From Clostridia bacterium (GTDB lineage: Bacteria; Bacillota; Clostridia; Christensenellales; UBA1242): a stretch of DNA of 64,000 nt. The notes under the pieces are model-generated. The model had not been told where the DNA came from. It did no database searches and saw only the letters and a list, made by a program, of their open reading frames with translations. The stretch is taken from NCBI GenBank assembly GCA_045538455.1, contig JAZSRL010000010.1, positions 29,244-93,243 of the forward strand, given 5' to 3'. Every line of letters begins with the position of its first letter. Within the stretch, counting starts at the first letter, position 1. Below, piece by piece: positions 10,101-25,100 of the stretch. Both the position numbers and the translations under genes were made by a program.

Positions 10101-13100
10101 TTAAATTAACCCCTGTTAATGGTGTAACGAGTTTAGGTAATTATGCCTTGGTTGTTTATACTTGTGATAGCTTATATTTAGCCGAAGTTGTTGACAGTGA
10201 AGAATTGGTTTTGCCGCAAGTATATGAATTTGTTTCACTTTATTTAGGTAGCGAAGATGAAGTTAATGATAAAATAAAAGAAATAGCGAGTGGTGTAGTT
10301 CATGATGCAAACAGTGGTCAACGCAATGATCGCGGTGGGTATAACTGGGTTTTACAAACGAAAAATAGTGATAATACAGCTGCGCTGTTTTATACACCAG
10401 AAGGCGTAACAAATAACTCGGAAATTGAAGCGAATGTTTACTATTTTGATGATTTATACACAGTTCTTAATTGGGAAATTTTAAATAAGCCACAAGTAGT
10501 AGAAATAAGCAAACTTGTTAATGGTGAGACAGTATCAACTGATACATATCGATATGAAAATGATCGTTTATCGATAAATTTAAATAATTTTGTTAGTGAC
10601 ACCTTGAATGACACCATTTGTTTAAAAATATCAGCTGGTGCTCGTAGCGCGTATTTTTATATAGTAAATGCTATTGATGTTTTTGAACTTAAAATTGTTC
10701 CAATGGTTGGAAATGGTGAAAATTCAACAGAATTTGGTGTCGGTTTAGCGTCTCGTAAAAATTTGTCGCCTGATGAAAATAATAATTTAATTGATACAGT
10801 TCCAGTACAACGCGGAAAAGGCTTTGATTTCGAATCGGATTTACCAAATGGTTGGAGTCTTTATAGCTCAAACTTTACACGGGAAGAACAAAGAAAGACT
10901 AGTGATGTTTCATATTCAGGTGGAGTATATACCTTCTTCCCGAAAATTTCCTTAGGAAACTGTGATTTCGAGTTAGATGCTTTGAAATCTACGGTTAAAG
11001 TTAATGTACGCGGTGGAATTAAATATTTAAACATTACTGATTCGTTTACATTAGATAGTATTACAGCTGCTACTTATGATTTAACTGTGCGTACGGATGA
11101 ATTGTTGACTACTGATTCTGACTGGACAAACGGGGTGTTAGATTACACATTCTTGTATCAAGATGTATATTATAAGATTTTTGATGATGAAACTGTTTCT
11201 TACATTAACATGGAAGGTGGTAAGGCTCAATTAGAATTCAAGTTAACCTATTTAGACGTTTCTGAACCAGTTAATGGATACTATACTTATTGGTTAAAGA
11301 TTACTGTTGCAATTGTTATTAAAGTTCCAGATGTTGATCCTTTTTATGAATTCTCTGGTGCGCGTTTATATGTAACTGAGGATTTAACAGGTTCGGCATT
11401 AGTCAAGACACCTATGTCGGATTCGGCTGAGTTGAATTTGATAAAAGATGGTGTATCTAATATAACGCTTTCACATTTTGCAGAAACTAATGCTGTTGCT
11501 GCGAATAAAAATGCCGTTTCATTAACCGATGGGCAAACAAATTCGGGTATTATTTATCTTGATGAAAATTCTCTTGGTGGTATTTTGGTGGTTCATCCAA
11601 CACCAAATTTCGCTAATGTTACTAATATAGTATTATCTACTAAAAAAGCATATGAACAAGAAGTTGTTTTAGGGTATGATTTATCGGGTAAGCCAATTAA
11701 AGATAAAGTTAAATATTCAATTGGATTTACACAAATGGTGTACAATGAAGACCAAAAGTTTTATCAACCATATATTTCTGGCAGTTCAATACCGAAAATG
11801 ATTTCAACTTGGTCTAGTGCTGATGGATACAAGTGGAATGGTAAATATTATTTTAAAACTTTTGTTGTTTGTGATTCAAATACAAGTCAACGCTTAGATG
11901 ATGGGGCTGAATTTACTGTTGAAGTTACCATCAAGGGGGAAAATAATACAGACAAAATTAGCGAAGAGATGATCTTAGTTGCTAAATATAAAAACAGTTT
12001 TATAATTACTCCAGATGACGATGTAGAAGATTATGCTGTTTGTACTATGCAACAAACTCAATATCAAGCTTTGGGAACAACCGCTATTTATGATATCGCC
12101 TTGCCGCTTGATTGCATTCCTAATTATGCAGGTTTTACATTTAATGGTATTTCATCTGCTTCTAAAACTGTTGAAACCAGTCAAGCAATTGTAACACTCG
12201 ATAGTGTTGCACAAACTATTTCTGTATATTTGAAAGCTGATTCAAAAAATATAAATCAAGTTTTGGAAGTTCGTATTCCTTATAAACGCCAAGGCGATTA
12301 TGTAAATCCTTATTTGAGTGTTGTGATTGTTCCTGTGTATTTTGAGTTTGAATCATTAGAAGTTATAGATCACTATGAATCTCGTTTGCAATTAAAATAT
12401 GGCGAAGTAAACAAATTAAAATATAAAGGCTTGTTTAAATATGATATAAGCATGCTAAATAGCATTTTGTCGGAAAAAATTAAAGCATTTAATTACAATT
12501 TACAAACAAGCAGTTTGGTTTATTTTGATTATGAAACTCCTAATGAAATAAGTGTTGAGTTCTGTTACAATTATGAAAATGGAGTTCCTGTTTTAGCCAA
12601 AAATGGTATTTGTCGTTATGTTCAAGTATTTGAATATGATGTGGTTTCAGAGAATGTTGTAACCGATAAGCGTACAGAATATTTAGCTGTCGGTACTGCT
12701 AAGACCTTTACTTTTGAAAATTGGGATTCATTGTATGCAAATAAATTATACTCGAAAGTGGATGGGGATTATGACGCAATCTCTGATTATTTAGAAATAA
12801 TTGAACCTGTAGTAGTGCGTAACAATGTTGAAATTACAGTAAGTCTTATTAATAAAAGTAAAAAAACAAATTCGGAAGCTTATGCAGCTTTGATTAATCA
12901 AAAAGAAATTGTCATTAATGTATTTTCGACAGCCAACACAAATACTCCATTGTTAGAGTTGACCATTGTTCCTGTTTACTTTACCTTAAATGAATTTAAA
13001 TTACAAAATAATCCCGTTAATCCAATTGTTGCTTTAACAAAACCTGTTACAGTTACGGTACAAGCAAGCGGTATTGAAGCTGCAAATGATGCTGAAATAT

Positions 13101-16100
13101 CTAATAAAATTAATGCGTTTAATGCGGATTTGCTAAGTTTGCAAAATAATTTGGCGGATACTAATACTTTAACATTTAGTCCCGTAGCTAATGACAATGG
13201 TTTCTTGAATTTTAATTTTGATTCAAGTACGCGTGAGATTACGCGCGCAGATACACAAAACCCAACTTCTGCAATTAGTTATTTGTTAGTGTCGACATCA
13301 ATAAAGTATGTAAATGGTTTACCTACAATAGTGTCAAACGGTAAAAAGATTTCTACATATTTCACTGTGCGTACTTTTGGGGAAGATAGCGAAGACGAAA
13401 ATGAAGAAGAATTAGAACTTGCACCTGAAGGTCGTGCTCGCACAGTAGCACAAGCAATTGGTACTACTGTAAGATATGATGTTTCCTTGCCAGGAGTTGT
13501 TTATGACAGTCTTTTAGTTCAAAGTGAAGTCGATGCAAATAATCGTATTATTGAGACTTCGGAATACAATTGGAAAGCGCATTTTGATTTGAAGGACGGA
13601 GTTATTACTGTAGTTCTTAATAAAGATACAGAATTATTTAATAAAACATTACGCGTAATGGCTTATAGCCGTAGTGGTCGTTTGGTTTATGTTTTAAATA
13701 TTATTCCAGCTTATTTCACTGTTGAACAAGTTTTGTTAGTAAATCATTTAGGTGAAGATCCAATTTTGGTAAAATCTGGTACTGTTAATTGGGTAGAAAA
13801 TCTTGAATTAGATTTTGCATCTAATTATGATAAATACTTGGAAAATTTTGACTTTAAGTCTGCAATTGATAATTTCCGTGATTCATTAAAGGATTCATCT
13901 ATGGTTTCGCGCATTGAAAATAAAAGCAGTGTGCTTATTTCGGCTGGTATTAACTATATCAACGGTATTCCTACATTAGTGAACTGGTACAATGCGAAAA
14001 TAAAATTACAAAATTCTTATTCCTATTTAATTTATGACGGAGTGCCGGAAATAACTAAAGTTCAATTTTTAGGTCAAACAACTACATACAACATAAATAG
14101 AGTATTTGAATCAATTAAAATTTTTGATGAAAGCGTTAATAAATGGATGGACTTAGATTTAGATGCAGACGATCCTTATTGGACAATAATAAAGTCTGAT
14201 GAAAAATCAATTAAAGTTGTTTTAACCGACGATTCTTCAAGTGTCATTGGTAAAATTAATCGTGTTGGTATTTTTGAAAATTATAATGATGCTGACCCAA
14301 TTTATGTATTAAATATTATTCCAGCATATTTCGTTGTTGAAGATATTACAGTTAAAGGTCAAACCATTGAAGATCGTTATGTCGAATTATATTTTGGCGA
14401 AGCTGTGGATTCACCGGCAAAATTAGTCTTTGATACAATTATTGATGAAGCTTACTCAAGGAAAGCAGAATATAATATTCCTTCATTAGTAAATAATTTT
14501 AAAAATGAATTCCAAAACACCAAAGCTAACTTAATTGGTCGCTATTATGATTCAGATGCAACAGCAGGGGATTTGTTGGTAACATTATATTTAAACTATA
14601 AAAATGGTTATCCTGTTTTAGTTGATGCATCAGAAAGTGGTAATGATTTTGTTGTTCGCTTAGATGCTAATTTTACATATAAAATCTATAAGAAAGGTGA
14701 CGGCAATAATGATTTCCCATTGATGCCTGCTGGTCCACGCACAAGAACGGAAGTACAAGCAGTTGGTACAACAAGTAACTATGTAATTGATCTAGATAAA
14801 GAATTACTTTTAGATGATTCGATTTTGCCAAATGGTGTTTTGGTTAGTTTGAGTAATAATGTATTAACTGTGGAATTGTCAGAAGCAGCTGATACATTGT
14901 TAAAACAAACAGATATTGAGATTAATTTATATGCAGAAAGCGTTTTGGTTTTTGTTTTAGAAATTCAACCAGTTTTATATGAAGTAGTGGGCGTAAAAAC
15001 CAATAATTTGGCACAACCAATTTATTTGCCAGATTTAGATGTTGCAAATCTAAGCTATTGTGCGATTGCAAAATATAATAATGAAGTTACTTACGAAGGT
15101 AAAAATGTTCAATATTATATTGAACAATTTAACGGAACATTAAATTCGGATTTAGTTGTTGTTGAATTAAATAATGAATATTTGAAAATTAATTTAGCTG
15201 TTGATTATGGAACTTCTGGTTCAAAGTTGCGCAGTATTCCAGCGTTATTGAATGTTAATAAATATCCACTTAATGTGATCGAAAGTTATGTGGAGTTTAC
15301 CGATAGCCCACTAGAGCAGGGTACAACATCTGCTTATTATCAAGCTGTTGGTACAACTGAAGTTTATTATTTGGGTGGTTCAAATTTCGAAAATGCACAA
15401 ATTACTAATATTGACAGTTCTTCTGTTACAGCGAATATTAAACGCAATAGTAATTCATATATTCTTGAAGTAAATGTCGCGGCAGATGCAAATTTGGTTG
15501 GCGATAGTGTTGCAATTAAGATAAAAGCTGGGGATAAAGAATATACACTTAATATTAACTTAGTATGGTTTGTTGTTGAAGGATTTGAAGTTGTTAATCA
15601 CCCAGAACGCCATATGTGGTTAATTAACATGAATGAAGCAGATGAAATTGATAATCTGTTGTTCCATGTCCGTTCTCGTCACGCGATTGCCGGTAATGAT
15701 GCTTTTAAAGCTCAATTACAAGAACAAATTTCGTTATTTAATCAAAAATTAACAAATGAATGGACCCAAAAAATTGAGAGATACACAATCGGAAGTTCTT
15801 ATTTAGTAGTGCGCGCAGCTGTTGATTATGTTGACGGTGTTGGTTCATTGATTAACATTGATGATGCAAAAGCAACACAATTTGTGCGTGATGTATTTGA
15901 ATATGTAATCTACTCTGATGCTAATCATGATATCGGCGAAATTCGTCCTGTTCCTGCACATCCGTCTGTGATGGGTTCCAGCCAAGTAAGACAAGTTATT
16001 GGTAACAAGAAAAACTATTCTATTAATGTTAATGGTGAAGTTTCATATAAATATTTATGGGTTGAAAATGCTGGGGATTTGAAAAATACTTATAATGACA

Positions 16101-19100
16101 GCAACACAGGCTTATTACATATTGAATATGAAGATCTGATTGTTTATGTTGATAACAAAAATGATAAGATTCAAGTTGAGTTGGCTGCTAATTATTCGGA
16201 AATTTTAACAAAAAATATTCGTATCTATGTGCCTTATTTAGCATCTTATAGTAAAGGAATTTGGTATAGCCATTGCATTGAAATAACACCAGTATTGTTT
16301 GAGTTGGAAGGTTGGACTATTGCCGCAAAAGAATCTAGTCTTAACGATTTAATTACCGATAAAAATAATAGCGATTATTTATTGTTAATATCTGGAAATG
16401 CGGAATTTAATTATGTTGCAAAAATTAATAAGGGTAATATAACTAACGATATTTTAAATGCGTTGTTTGAACAATCAAAAGCAGATCTTGAAAGAAATGC
16501 GGTTTCTAATATAGAAGCAACAGTAGAGCAAGGTAATAATATTTCGTTTGATGGACTTAGGTTGTCTACCAATTTCACTGATGTAGCTTTGGAAAACATT
16601 GTCGGATTGTCTTGTTATGTGACATATGAAAATGGTATCCCAGTATTTGATAAAAATAAATTTACTGTAAACGAAATTTATAACCAAATTTCTATTTCAA
16701 CAGGGTACACTGTTGAAGAATGGGAAGAAATAGAGAAAGGATTATTAGCTAATGGTGTTGCTTATGCAACCCAAGCGATTGGTACAGTTAAGTCAAATAT
16801 CTTGGAAATATCAACCGCAGCAAAAATCTTTACAAAAGACATCAAAGTTGTAAATAGATTCACTAAAGAACCAATTAAAATTCCCGGTGAACGCGAAAAT
16901 TTAGTTTCTGTAAAATGCGAAAATTTTGATAAAATCACCAAGAGCGTAGTAATTAAAGTAGCTTTAGCTCCAGTGGAAGCGTTGCGTTATGAAAATATCG
17001 AAATTTTAATTCCTTTTGCTAAAGAAGCAGATGCAGAAAAAGCAAAATATGTATTCTCGTACCGTATAACACCCGCCTTGTATATTGTAAATGGGGTATA
17101 CCTTGCTGCCGCAGAAAATAATTTCGTTGAATTAAAAGATAAAGATGTTCAATTGGAATTGAAGATTAATATTGATGCATGTTATGATTATAATTTAAAG
17201 AGTAACATTGCCTTTAGATCACAAAATTTAGAAGCAGATATCAATGATGCTATAAATAATAACACTTTAAACTTTGTGGTTAGTGATGGTATCGATGATG
17301 ATAATATTAATGTGGCAATTAAATCACATAATGGTTTGAGTTGGATTAGTCGCATTAATAATATTGAAGTTCTAAATTACATTAAAGCATCGTTAAATAT
17401 TAATTATCAAGATGGATTGCCACAATTAAGTAATAACAATTCAATTGCGACCAATTCAGTTCCTTTTGAAATACAAGTACAAACAAAAATGGTTGAGAGT
17501 TCGGATGATGATCTAATTTTCCCGGATCCAGATCCGAAACCCGATCCAAATCCAGAACCTACTCCAAATCCAGGTGATGATGGAGATATATATAAAAAAC
17601 CAATTCCTTTGGGAAGAACCGAAATTACTCAATTGATTGGTAGTACAAATGAATATACCTTGAGCGATATTAACGGAACAGTGGCATACCAGTATTTGTG
17701 GGTTTCTAATGCGGGTAGTGTTGTTGCTCCTTTCGAAAATGCATCAATGGAAATGACGAAAATTAATGAATTCTTAAGCATTTCAGTTGATCCTGTAAAT
17801 AATACTTTAAGTGTTAAATTAGAACCAAATTCTACATATTTATTAGAGCCAATCGATATCTATGTGCCGTATGTTGACGATATTGATGGCGAGGATGTTT
17901 GGTATAGTTACTGTGTTCATATTACGCCGGCGTTGTTTAAATTAAATGGCTGGAAAATTCAAGGTATTGGTGAAAATGCAGACAGTCTCATTAATCAAGA
18001 TGAACATTATTTATTAACAGCAGAAGAAGTTGACATTAAATATGTAGCTGATATTGAACATTGTATTCAAGATAATCAATCCACATTATTAAATAAAATT
18101 AATAATGAAAAAATCAAGTTAGAAATGGATGCTGCTGAATACATGATTGCAAACACAATAAATAGTACTAATATTGTTATTAGTAACACAATTTTAACTT
18201 GTAATGATTTGTCGGTAGCCGATCTTTACCATATTAGTTTAGTAACTTATTTAGTATATGAAAATGGTATTCCAAAGTTAGTACAAAATAGTAAGCAAAT
18301 TGCGTACAGTGAAATTACGGTTTCAACAAACTTTACTCCGGAACAATGGAATGGCATCATTCTTGATGAAAAATTAAGGACAGATGTTGTTTATGGTGTA
18401 CAAGCTGTCGGTACTTCTAAAGTTTATGATGTGAAGATTGATGAAGCGTTTATTATTAGTGCTAATGAAATAGAAGTTTTAAATGCTGATACACAAAAAC
18501 CAATTTCTGCTAATTGGGTTACAGTTGATTATATAATGACAGATTTGAATAACGAGTTAAAATTGCGTGTATATTTAGAAGCTGACGCAAGCTTATTTGA
18601 TACAACTGTTGAAATTAAAATTCCTTATATAAAAAATGAAGAAGCTTTGTATTATTTTGTTTCTTACTATATAACACCAGTTGCTTTTGTAGTAGATGGT
18701 TTTTATCTATCGACAAATGCATCTAACAATATTGATGTAACGGAATATGAAGTTGCTTTGGATTTGCGTGTAAAAGCTAATTATACAAGCAGTGCAGAGC
18801 TTTATAATGGCACAATTAAAGTTTTAATCGAAAATTTTGAAAAAGAAATCAATGACGAAATATCACAAATTGCAGGTGTTTTATCGATTAAAGAATTATC
18901 CGGTGATAGAAATATTCAGTTAGTACAAAGCTCTGGAAAAGTATTAATTAAGAAATTAAATAACAAGAGTGCTGTTAATACGCTTTCTGGTGAAATAATA
19001 GTAGGGTATGAAGCGGGTATGGCGCATTTATATTCTGTTGATAGTTTGACAGATGCTTTGATTAGTTTGAATATTCAAGTTACAACACGGGAAAAAGTTT

Positions 19101-22100
19101 CCGAAGATCCAACAGACCCAGAGGATCCAACAGACCCAGAAGATCCAACAGATCCAGAAGACCCAACTGAACCAAAAGATCCAACGGATCCAGACAAAAA
19201 AGAATATAAAGTTGGACAAATTTCAAAATCGATGCAGTCAATCGGAACTTCTCGTGATTATAAAATTAGTTTTGCTAATGAAGAAAATCTAACATTCTAC
19301 TTGGATCGTCTTGAAGTCAAAAATGGTGGTCCGAAAAGAGGAGAAAACGAGTACGAAAATTTTGATATACAAGTTAAAGAAGGTGCAAACAAGCAAATTA
19401 CAGTAAGTTTCACATTAATGGCTACGGCGAAAACCGTTAATGATTGGATTGATATTTATATTCCATATACAGCTAATAAAGATGGTGTTGTTAATGATTG
19501 GTTCGTTTATATTTTGCGCGTTAAACCAGTTTTATTCGAAGTTACAGGTTGGACATTAAAAGTTGGCGATGAAATAGTTAATGATGTTGTTTTAAATAGA
19601 GATGCGGTTGAATTATATTTCACCCCGCAAATTATTCGTTGTGAAAATGATGCTTGTTATTATCCTGATGAGCTCGAATACATCAGAAATTCAATCAAAC
19701 GCTTAGAAATGGAAATTAATACTTATGATCCGGCCAAGAATGATAAGTATACTTACATGGTTATTGAAAATACTCCAGAAGTTGGCTCACAAGTTAATTA
19801 TGATATCGTTCGTGATGACGACACAAATACTTCTTATTTAGTAAGAACTTCAAATGATGTATCGACAACAGTGATGAATCTTTCCGTAAATATCGCATAC
19901 GGTATTAGTGATTTTGATAAATCGTATGTTGGCAGTGCACAAGCTGTTGAACATTATGATGAAACTACTGATACAACCAAAATTTGGGGACAAGTCAGTG
20001 TTCGTACTATGGATCGTTCAATTTTTGAAGATTCGACAGAAGAATTATTAATTCCAATTACACAAGAAACTGCTGCTCAATTAATGAATTTGCAATCTGG
20101 ATTTGATTATATATTAATGAGTGACATCTATTTAGAAAAAATTCCAGGTTTAATAGATGGTAAATGGAAGCCAGTTAGCTTCCCAAATGATGCTACTTTA
20201 GACGGTAATAATTTTAAGATTTATTTCGGTGATGCTGGCTTTGATTTAAGCAGTAAAACGCCAAACATCGGTTTATTTACACAAATCCCTGAAGGTTCTG
20301 TTGTAAAAAATGTTCAAATTGTTATTGAGCGTGGAACAGTCAATAACCCATACTCAACTTTAACCGTAAACTTACAAGATTATGGTTCTGGTTCCGTTAA
20401 TATTGGCTTGTTAGCTGGGGTCAATAATGGTATTGTTACGAACTGTGCTGTTTTATCTGAATGGCAATTTGAAATGCGAAACTTGACGGAAGTTATTAAC
20501 CCAGTAACAGAAACTTATTTTGAAGATGTTTTACCATTCAATAAAGATGGTATAGTATTTGATGAAAATTATTTCTACGAACTTGGTACGACCATTTGGG
20601 GTGATGTAGTTGTTACTAATGTTTATAATAACCTTGGTTATCGTGTTGAAAAGAATTATGAAACTGGCAAATATGATAAAGTTCTTTATGATGTTTACCA
20701 CAATGTGGCAAAATGGATCGAACCAGATCGAACCAATGTTGCGTGTTACGATGATTATACAACAATTGAATTAGATCCTAACAGTAGTAAAACACATTTA
20801 AGTAAATCATTGGCTAAGTTCTATGTTCAAGTAAACAATAGGGAGCTTGATGTTACTCTTGGTGGATTAGTGGGGGTAAACGCATACATGGTTACAAATA
20901 GCCGTGTATTGGTTGATGTTGAACTCTATGGTCCAGAAGTTATCACTGAAACAGGTTTAGTTGATGAAAAAAATGTGGCGTCATCAATAGTTGGTGGCTT
21001 TGTTGGAGTAAATGATGGAACAATTACTTCAAGTTTCTTCCGTGATGGTAGTGTTATTAATAATGCAAATGCGGCAAACGAAGCAAAAGGTAGTTTATTG
21101 GGCGGTTTTGTTGGTCAAAACAACGGCAATATTATGCAATCTTATGCTATGGGTTGTTCAACCAATCGCGATGAAAAATTAAACAACATTTCGGCAGCTG
21201 GTATCGTTAAAACTGTTCGAAACTCTTTGGGTGGATTTGTTCATGTAAATAGTGGTCATATATCAGATTGTTTAGTAAATATGGTTATTGAGAAAACTGG
21301 TCCTGACGGATCTGCTGGTGGTTTTGTATATAGAAATAAAGCAGGGGCGACAATCACTAATTGTGTTGAAAATAATAATGTAATTGTTGTTGGTACTGGT
21401 TTAACGACAAAATATTACGCTCCGTTTATCCAAGTTAATGGTGATGGTGAAGTTGATAAGAATTTCGAAAAAGTTGACAAGACAGGGTTAAATAACTTGA
21501 TTTATGCAGGTAATGTTAGTCCGACAACAGTTTGGGGCGATACGATTAAACATTTAACTAACAATAATGCAGATAAAGCTTTTAATGATATTAAAAATTA
21601 TAGTGGGTTCTCAATTGGATATGGCGAACTTAATGTAACAGACAAAAATACAATTTGGAAAATGACCGGTTTGGGACCAATGCTGCGTGCTGCAAATGAA
21701 ATCGCGGTAAGTTCACGAAAATATAGTTATGATGCGTCAATGTACTTATACAAACCTGGCTCGGCAAAAAACCCATACTTAGTATGGAACGAAGATCAAT
21801 TTGATGAATATGTTTACAAAGCAACAGCGTATGCCGTGCAATCAGATAAAGATACTGAAGAAAAAGGTGTAAGTGACATCGAAAGAAACAGACAAAATAA
21901 TCATTTGCGTTTAGTTGATAATTTTGCATTAACCAAAGGAATCCAAGGATCACAAAAAATTATTTATACTGGTACGCTAGAAGGTAACGGTTTAACCATG
22001 AGTGGCATTAATTCAACGACAAATGTAAACCGTTTATCAACAATGGGATTGTTCGGTAAGACTGAATATGCAACTATCCGCAATATTAATTTAAAAGTTG

Positions 22101-25100
22101 GATCAATTATTTCTGAAGCACGCTATGTCGGTGCAATTGCGGGTATTGCGATTAATACTAACTTTGTCGATGTAAAGGTTTTAAGTGAATCGAATTCTGG
22201 TCTCGTTAGTGGTAAAAATATTGTTGGTGGATTTGTTGGTTTAAATATTATCAATGATCCATTCGTTGAAAACTATAATATCCACAGTTCTTTGTCAGTA
22301 GAAGCTACATTTGGAACTGCTGAATATTATGATGAAAATACAAATTTATTTACATCAGGTGAAGAATATGTTCGTCAAACCTTATATTCGCAAGTTTCTG
22401 CTCTTGAGCAAACAGCTGACCAAAGTTTCAATACTGCGGGATCAGTTTTCGGATTTGTAACATCTAATCCTAATAATTATCGAGTAATTGATGAAAATGG
22501 AAACGAAACCATTATTGAGCGTAGATTTGATCATACATTCACTCGTAATGGTAGAGATGAAGCTTATCGTTCTGCTAATAACTCGGAAAAGGGTTGGTTC
22601 TCGAAAGATAAATTCGGTAACTCTTTTGATGACGCGAATTTGTACTATGGTGAACAAATTACATTGTATAATGTAAGTGGTGAACCAACTTCTGTTACTG
22701 CTAGTGTTGCTGGTGGTTTGATTGGTATCATTGATGAAACAATTGAGATAAACAAACCAAGTTTGGAAAATTTAAAATCTTTAACAGGTAAATATTACTT
22801 AGGTGGTATAGCTGGTATTAACTTAGGTAAAATTTCTGGTGGTATTAGTACTAATGAAGAAAACAAAACTACAACATATAGTACTGCAAACCTTAACAAT
22901 TTAACTATTTCAAGTTCTGCGAAAAAATATGTTTTCAGTAATGCGGAAATTAATGGTAATATTACTCATTATTGGGGTATGACTGTTGGTGGAATTGCTG
23001 GTTATAACAATGGTGTTATAGAAAATATTAACATTAAAGCAAAAATGTTGGGCACAAATTCTGATGCGATATATGTTCTTGGTGGAATTGTTGGTGTCAA
23101 TAGTGAAGATGGTTACTTGGTAAATGTGGTTAATAATCACAATGATATTCAGGGCCAATCTACATATAAAACAGTTCAAGTTGATAATACTCAAGCTGGA
23201 AAGATTGGATATTATTTTGGTAAAGTTGTCGGTCGCGGTGCTTCTTCAGATTTAATTATGATTCCATTCAATAGTTTCCCGAATTCTTCTATTTCAAGCT
23301 TTAACCGTTTTGTTAATAAAGATAAATTTGTTCCAAATGAGTACTTTAATGTTGTTGCAAATGAAACAAATAAAGTACAAACCATGACGATTGAAGAATA
23401 TCGTGCGTATTTAGTAAATATCATTAATACTCAACCAAACTTAAGTATTATTGAGCGTGTTAATTTATTAGAACCATGGTTGCATAGTTTAGCGACAGAA
23501 GTGATAACAATTCCTGCAAATACGATTCAATCTGGCGATGTTGTCTTTGCAGAAATTTATGAATCCAACGCAAAAGAAGAATTCTTGAATTGGGTTAAAA
23601 CAAACAATATTTTTGAAATTTGGACAGATGGCTATGATGGTTTAAAAAATAATGTAATTTATGATTACGGAGATTATTATCTTGCGTATAGAGCGATTAG
23701 TACAAAATTAGCACATACAGCAGAATCAGAAACTGATTTTGTTAATAATATTGAAACTTACCGCGATAATCGTCACCAAATGGCGACTGAGTTCTTTACC
23801 TATAAATATAATATTTCAAGTTCTAATAAAATTTCAGGTGTTCAAAACTTAAAATTTAAATGGTGGGATTATGAAGAATATTTAATCTTAAAAGAATATA
23901 GTCGTGATTATCAGGTTTTGTCCACCAGTAATGAATATGAATTATTTGAAGACCGTTTTGGTGAGGAACTTGTAAAAATGGTATATCCGTATGCTACGAT
24001 GGTAGAATATACCGATGGCTACAAAGTTATGACATACAGTAATGAACACTTACGCAAATTGTTGGCTTTGACCCAAGAAGAAGATTGGCAAGCTCAATAT
24101 CAGTTTACGAATAAAGATCCGCTCCAAGTTTATATTAATTATGTTGTCCAATTAGAACCTAACGAAAGCGTGTTAAAAATTGATAATTTTGAAATGCCGC
24201 TGGTTCATTATTATTACTATATGTCTGAATTGTATGGTAAAAACTATACAAGTACACATGGATCATCCTCCTATAACTACTCAATTCCAACAGATTTGCC
24301 AATAGTTAATAGTAATGGCTATGCATCATATTTGTATTTAAACTTCTTGCTTGATGAATCCGGCACCAATATGTTGACAATCCCTGAATATATTGACGCG
24401 GTAAAACACGAAAGACCCATTGTCCGCGAAAACGAGGAAATTTGGTTGAAGACTGGACACCAAGCTGGTGGTGCGCGTATCAGTGATGTTGGTGTGGTAA
24501 GATTGGGTTGGGCGGATAGAGATAATATTGCAAGCGTCGTAAAAGAGATAACAGTTAACCAAGATAAAAGTATCTTTACTTATGGGGAAAATTCGTGGAA
24601 TGTAGATGTTGAATATGATAAAGCAAAAGGTTACGGCTTAGATATTAATAAATATAAAGAAATTATTACATTGGGCGGTAGCTTGTATGAATTCATTGAT
24701 AAATATGAAAAACACGATGTAGATTCTGTGGATAAATATATCTTTGGTTTAAAGACCCAACAATTTGGTTGGAGTGCTCCACAGGTTGCATTTATTGAAG
24801 AATATTTCAAAACCCAAAACAACAATTACGATTTAAAATATGCTATTGTTGCAACAACCTATGGCAATATTTTAGATGCTGATGGTGTAATCCGTTCGGT
24901 ATATGAATCCAGCAATCAGACAGTTGATGAAAAAAATGGTTGGTGGTATGTAGACAACGATTTGAATGGTAACCCATCGGAAGGTGAACCAAAAGGTGTT
25001 TGGTATTTCCCAGCGAACTATGACGCACAATTTGTTAATGGTGACGGTTCTGCATATTATGTTAATACATATGCACAAATCAATTTGGCTGCAACAGGAA

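Larger units (their letters stand above)
12065..20000 (+). repeat. 11 divergent protein repeats (about 195-285 aa each) in the giant ORF
   Basis: Q(A/x)(I/V/L)G(T/x)-like motif at 12065, 12683, 13451, 14063, 14756, 15341, 15992, 16772, 17630, 18401, 19235. Most are followed by I.P(V/A)(Y/L)F and Y.NG.P motifs. Confidence 0.85.

Noticed and set aside
19103-19192. Tandem repeats as a possible CRISPR array
   Set aside because: They are 18-bp in-frame coding repeats with no spacers, and no cas genes are present.
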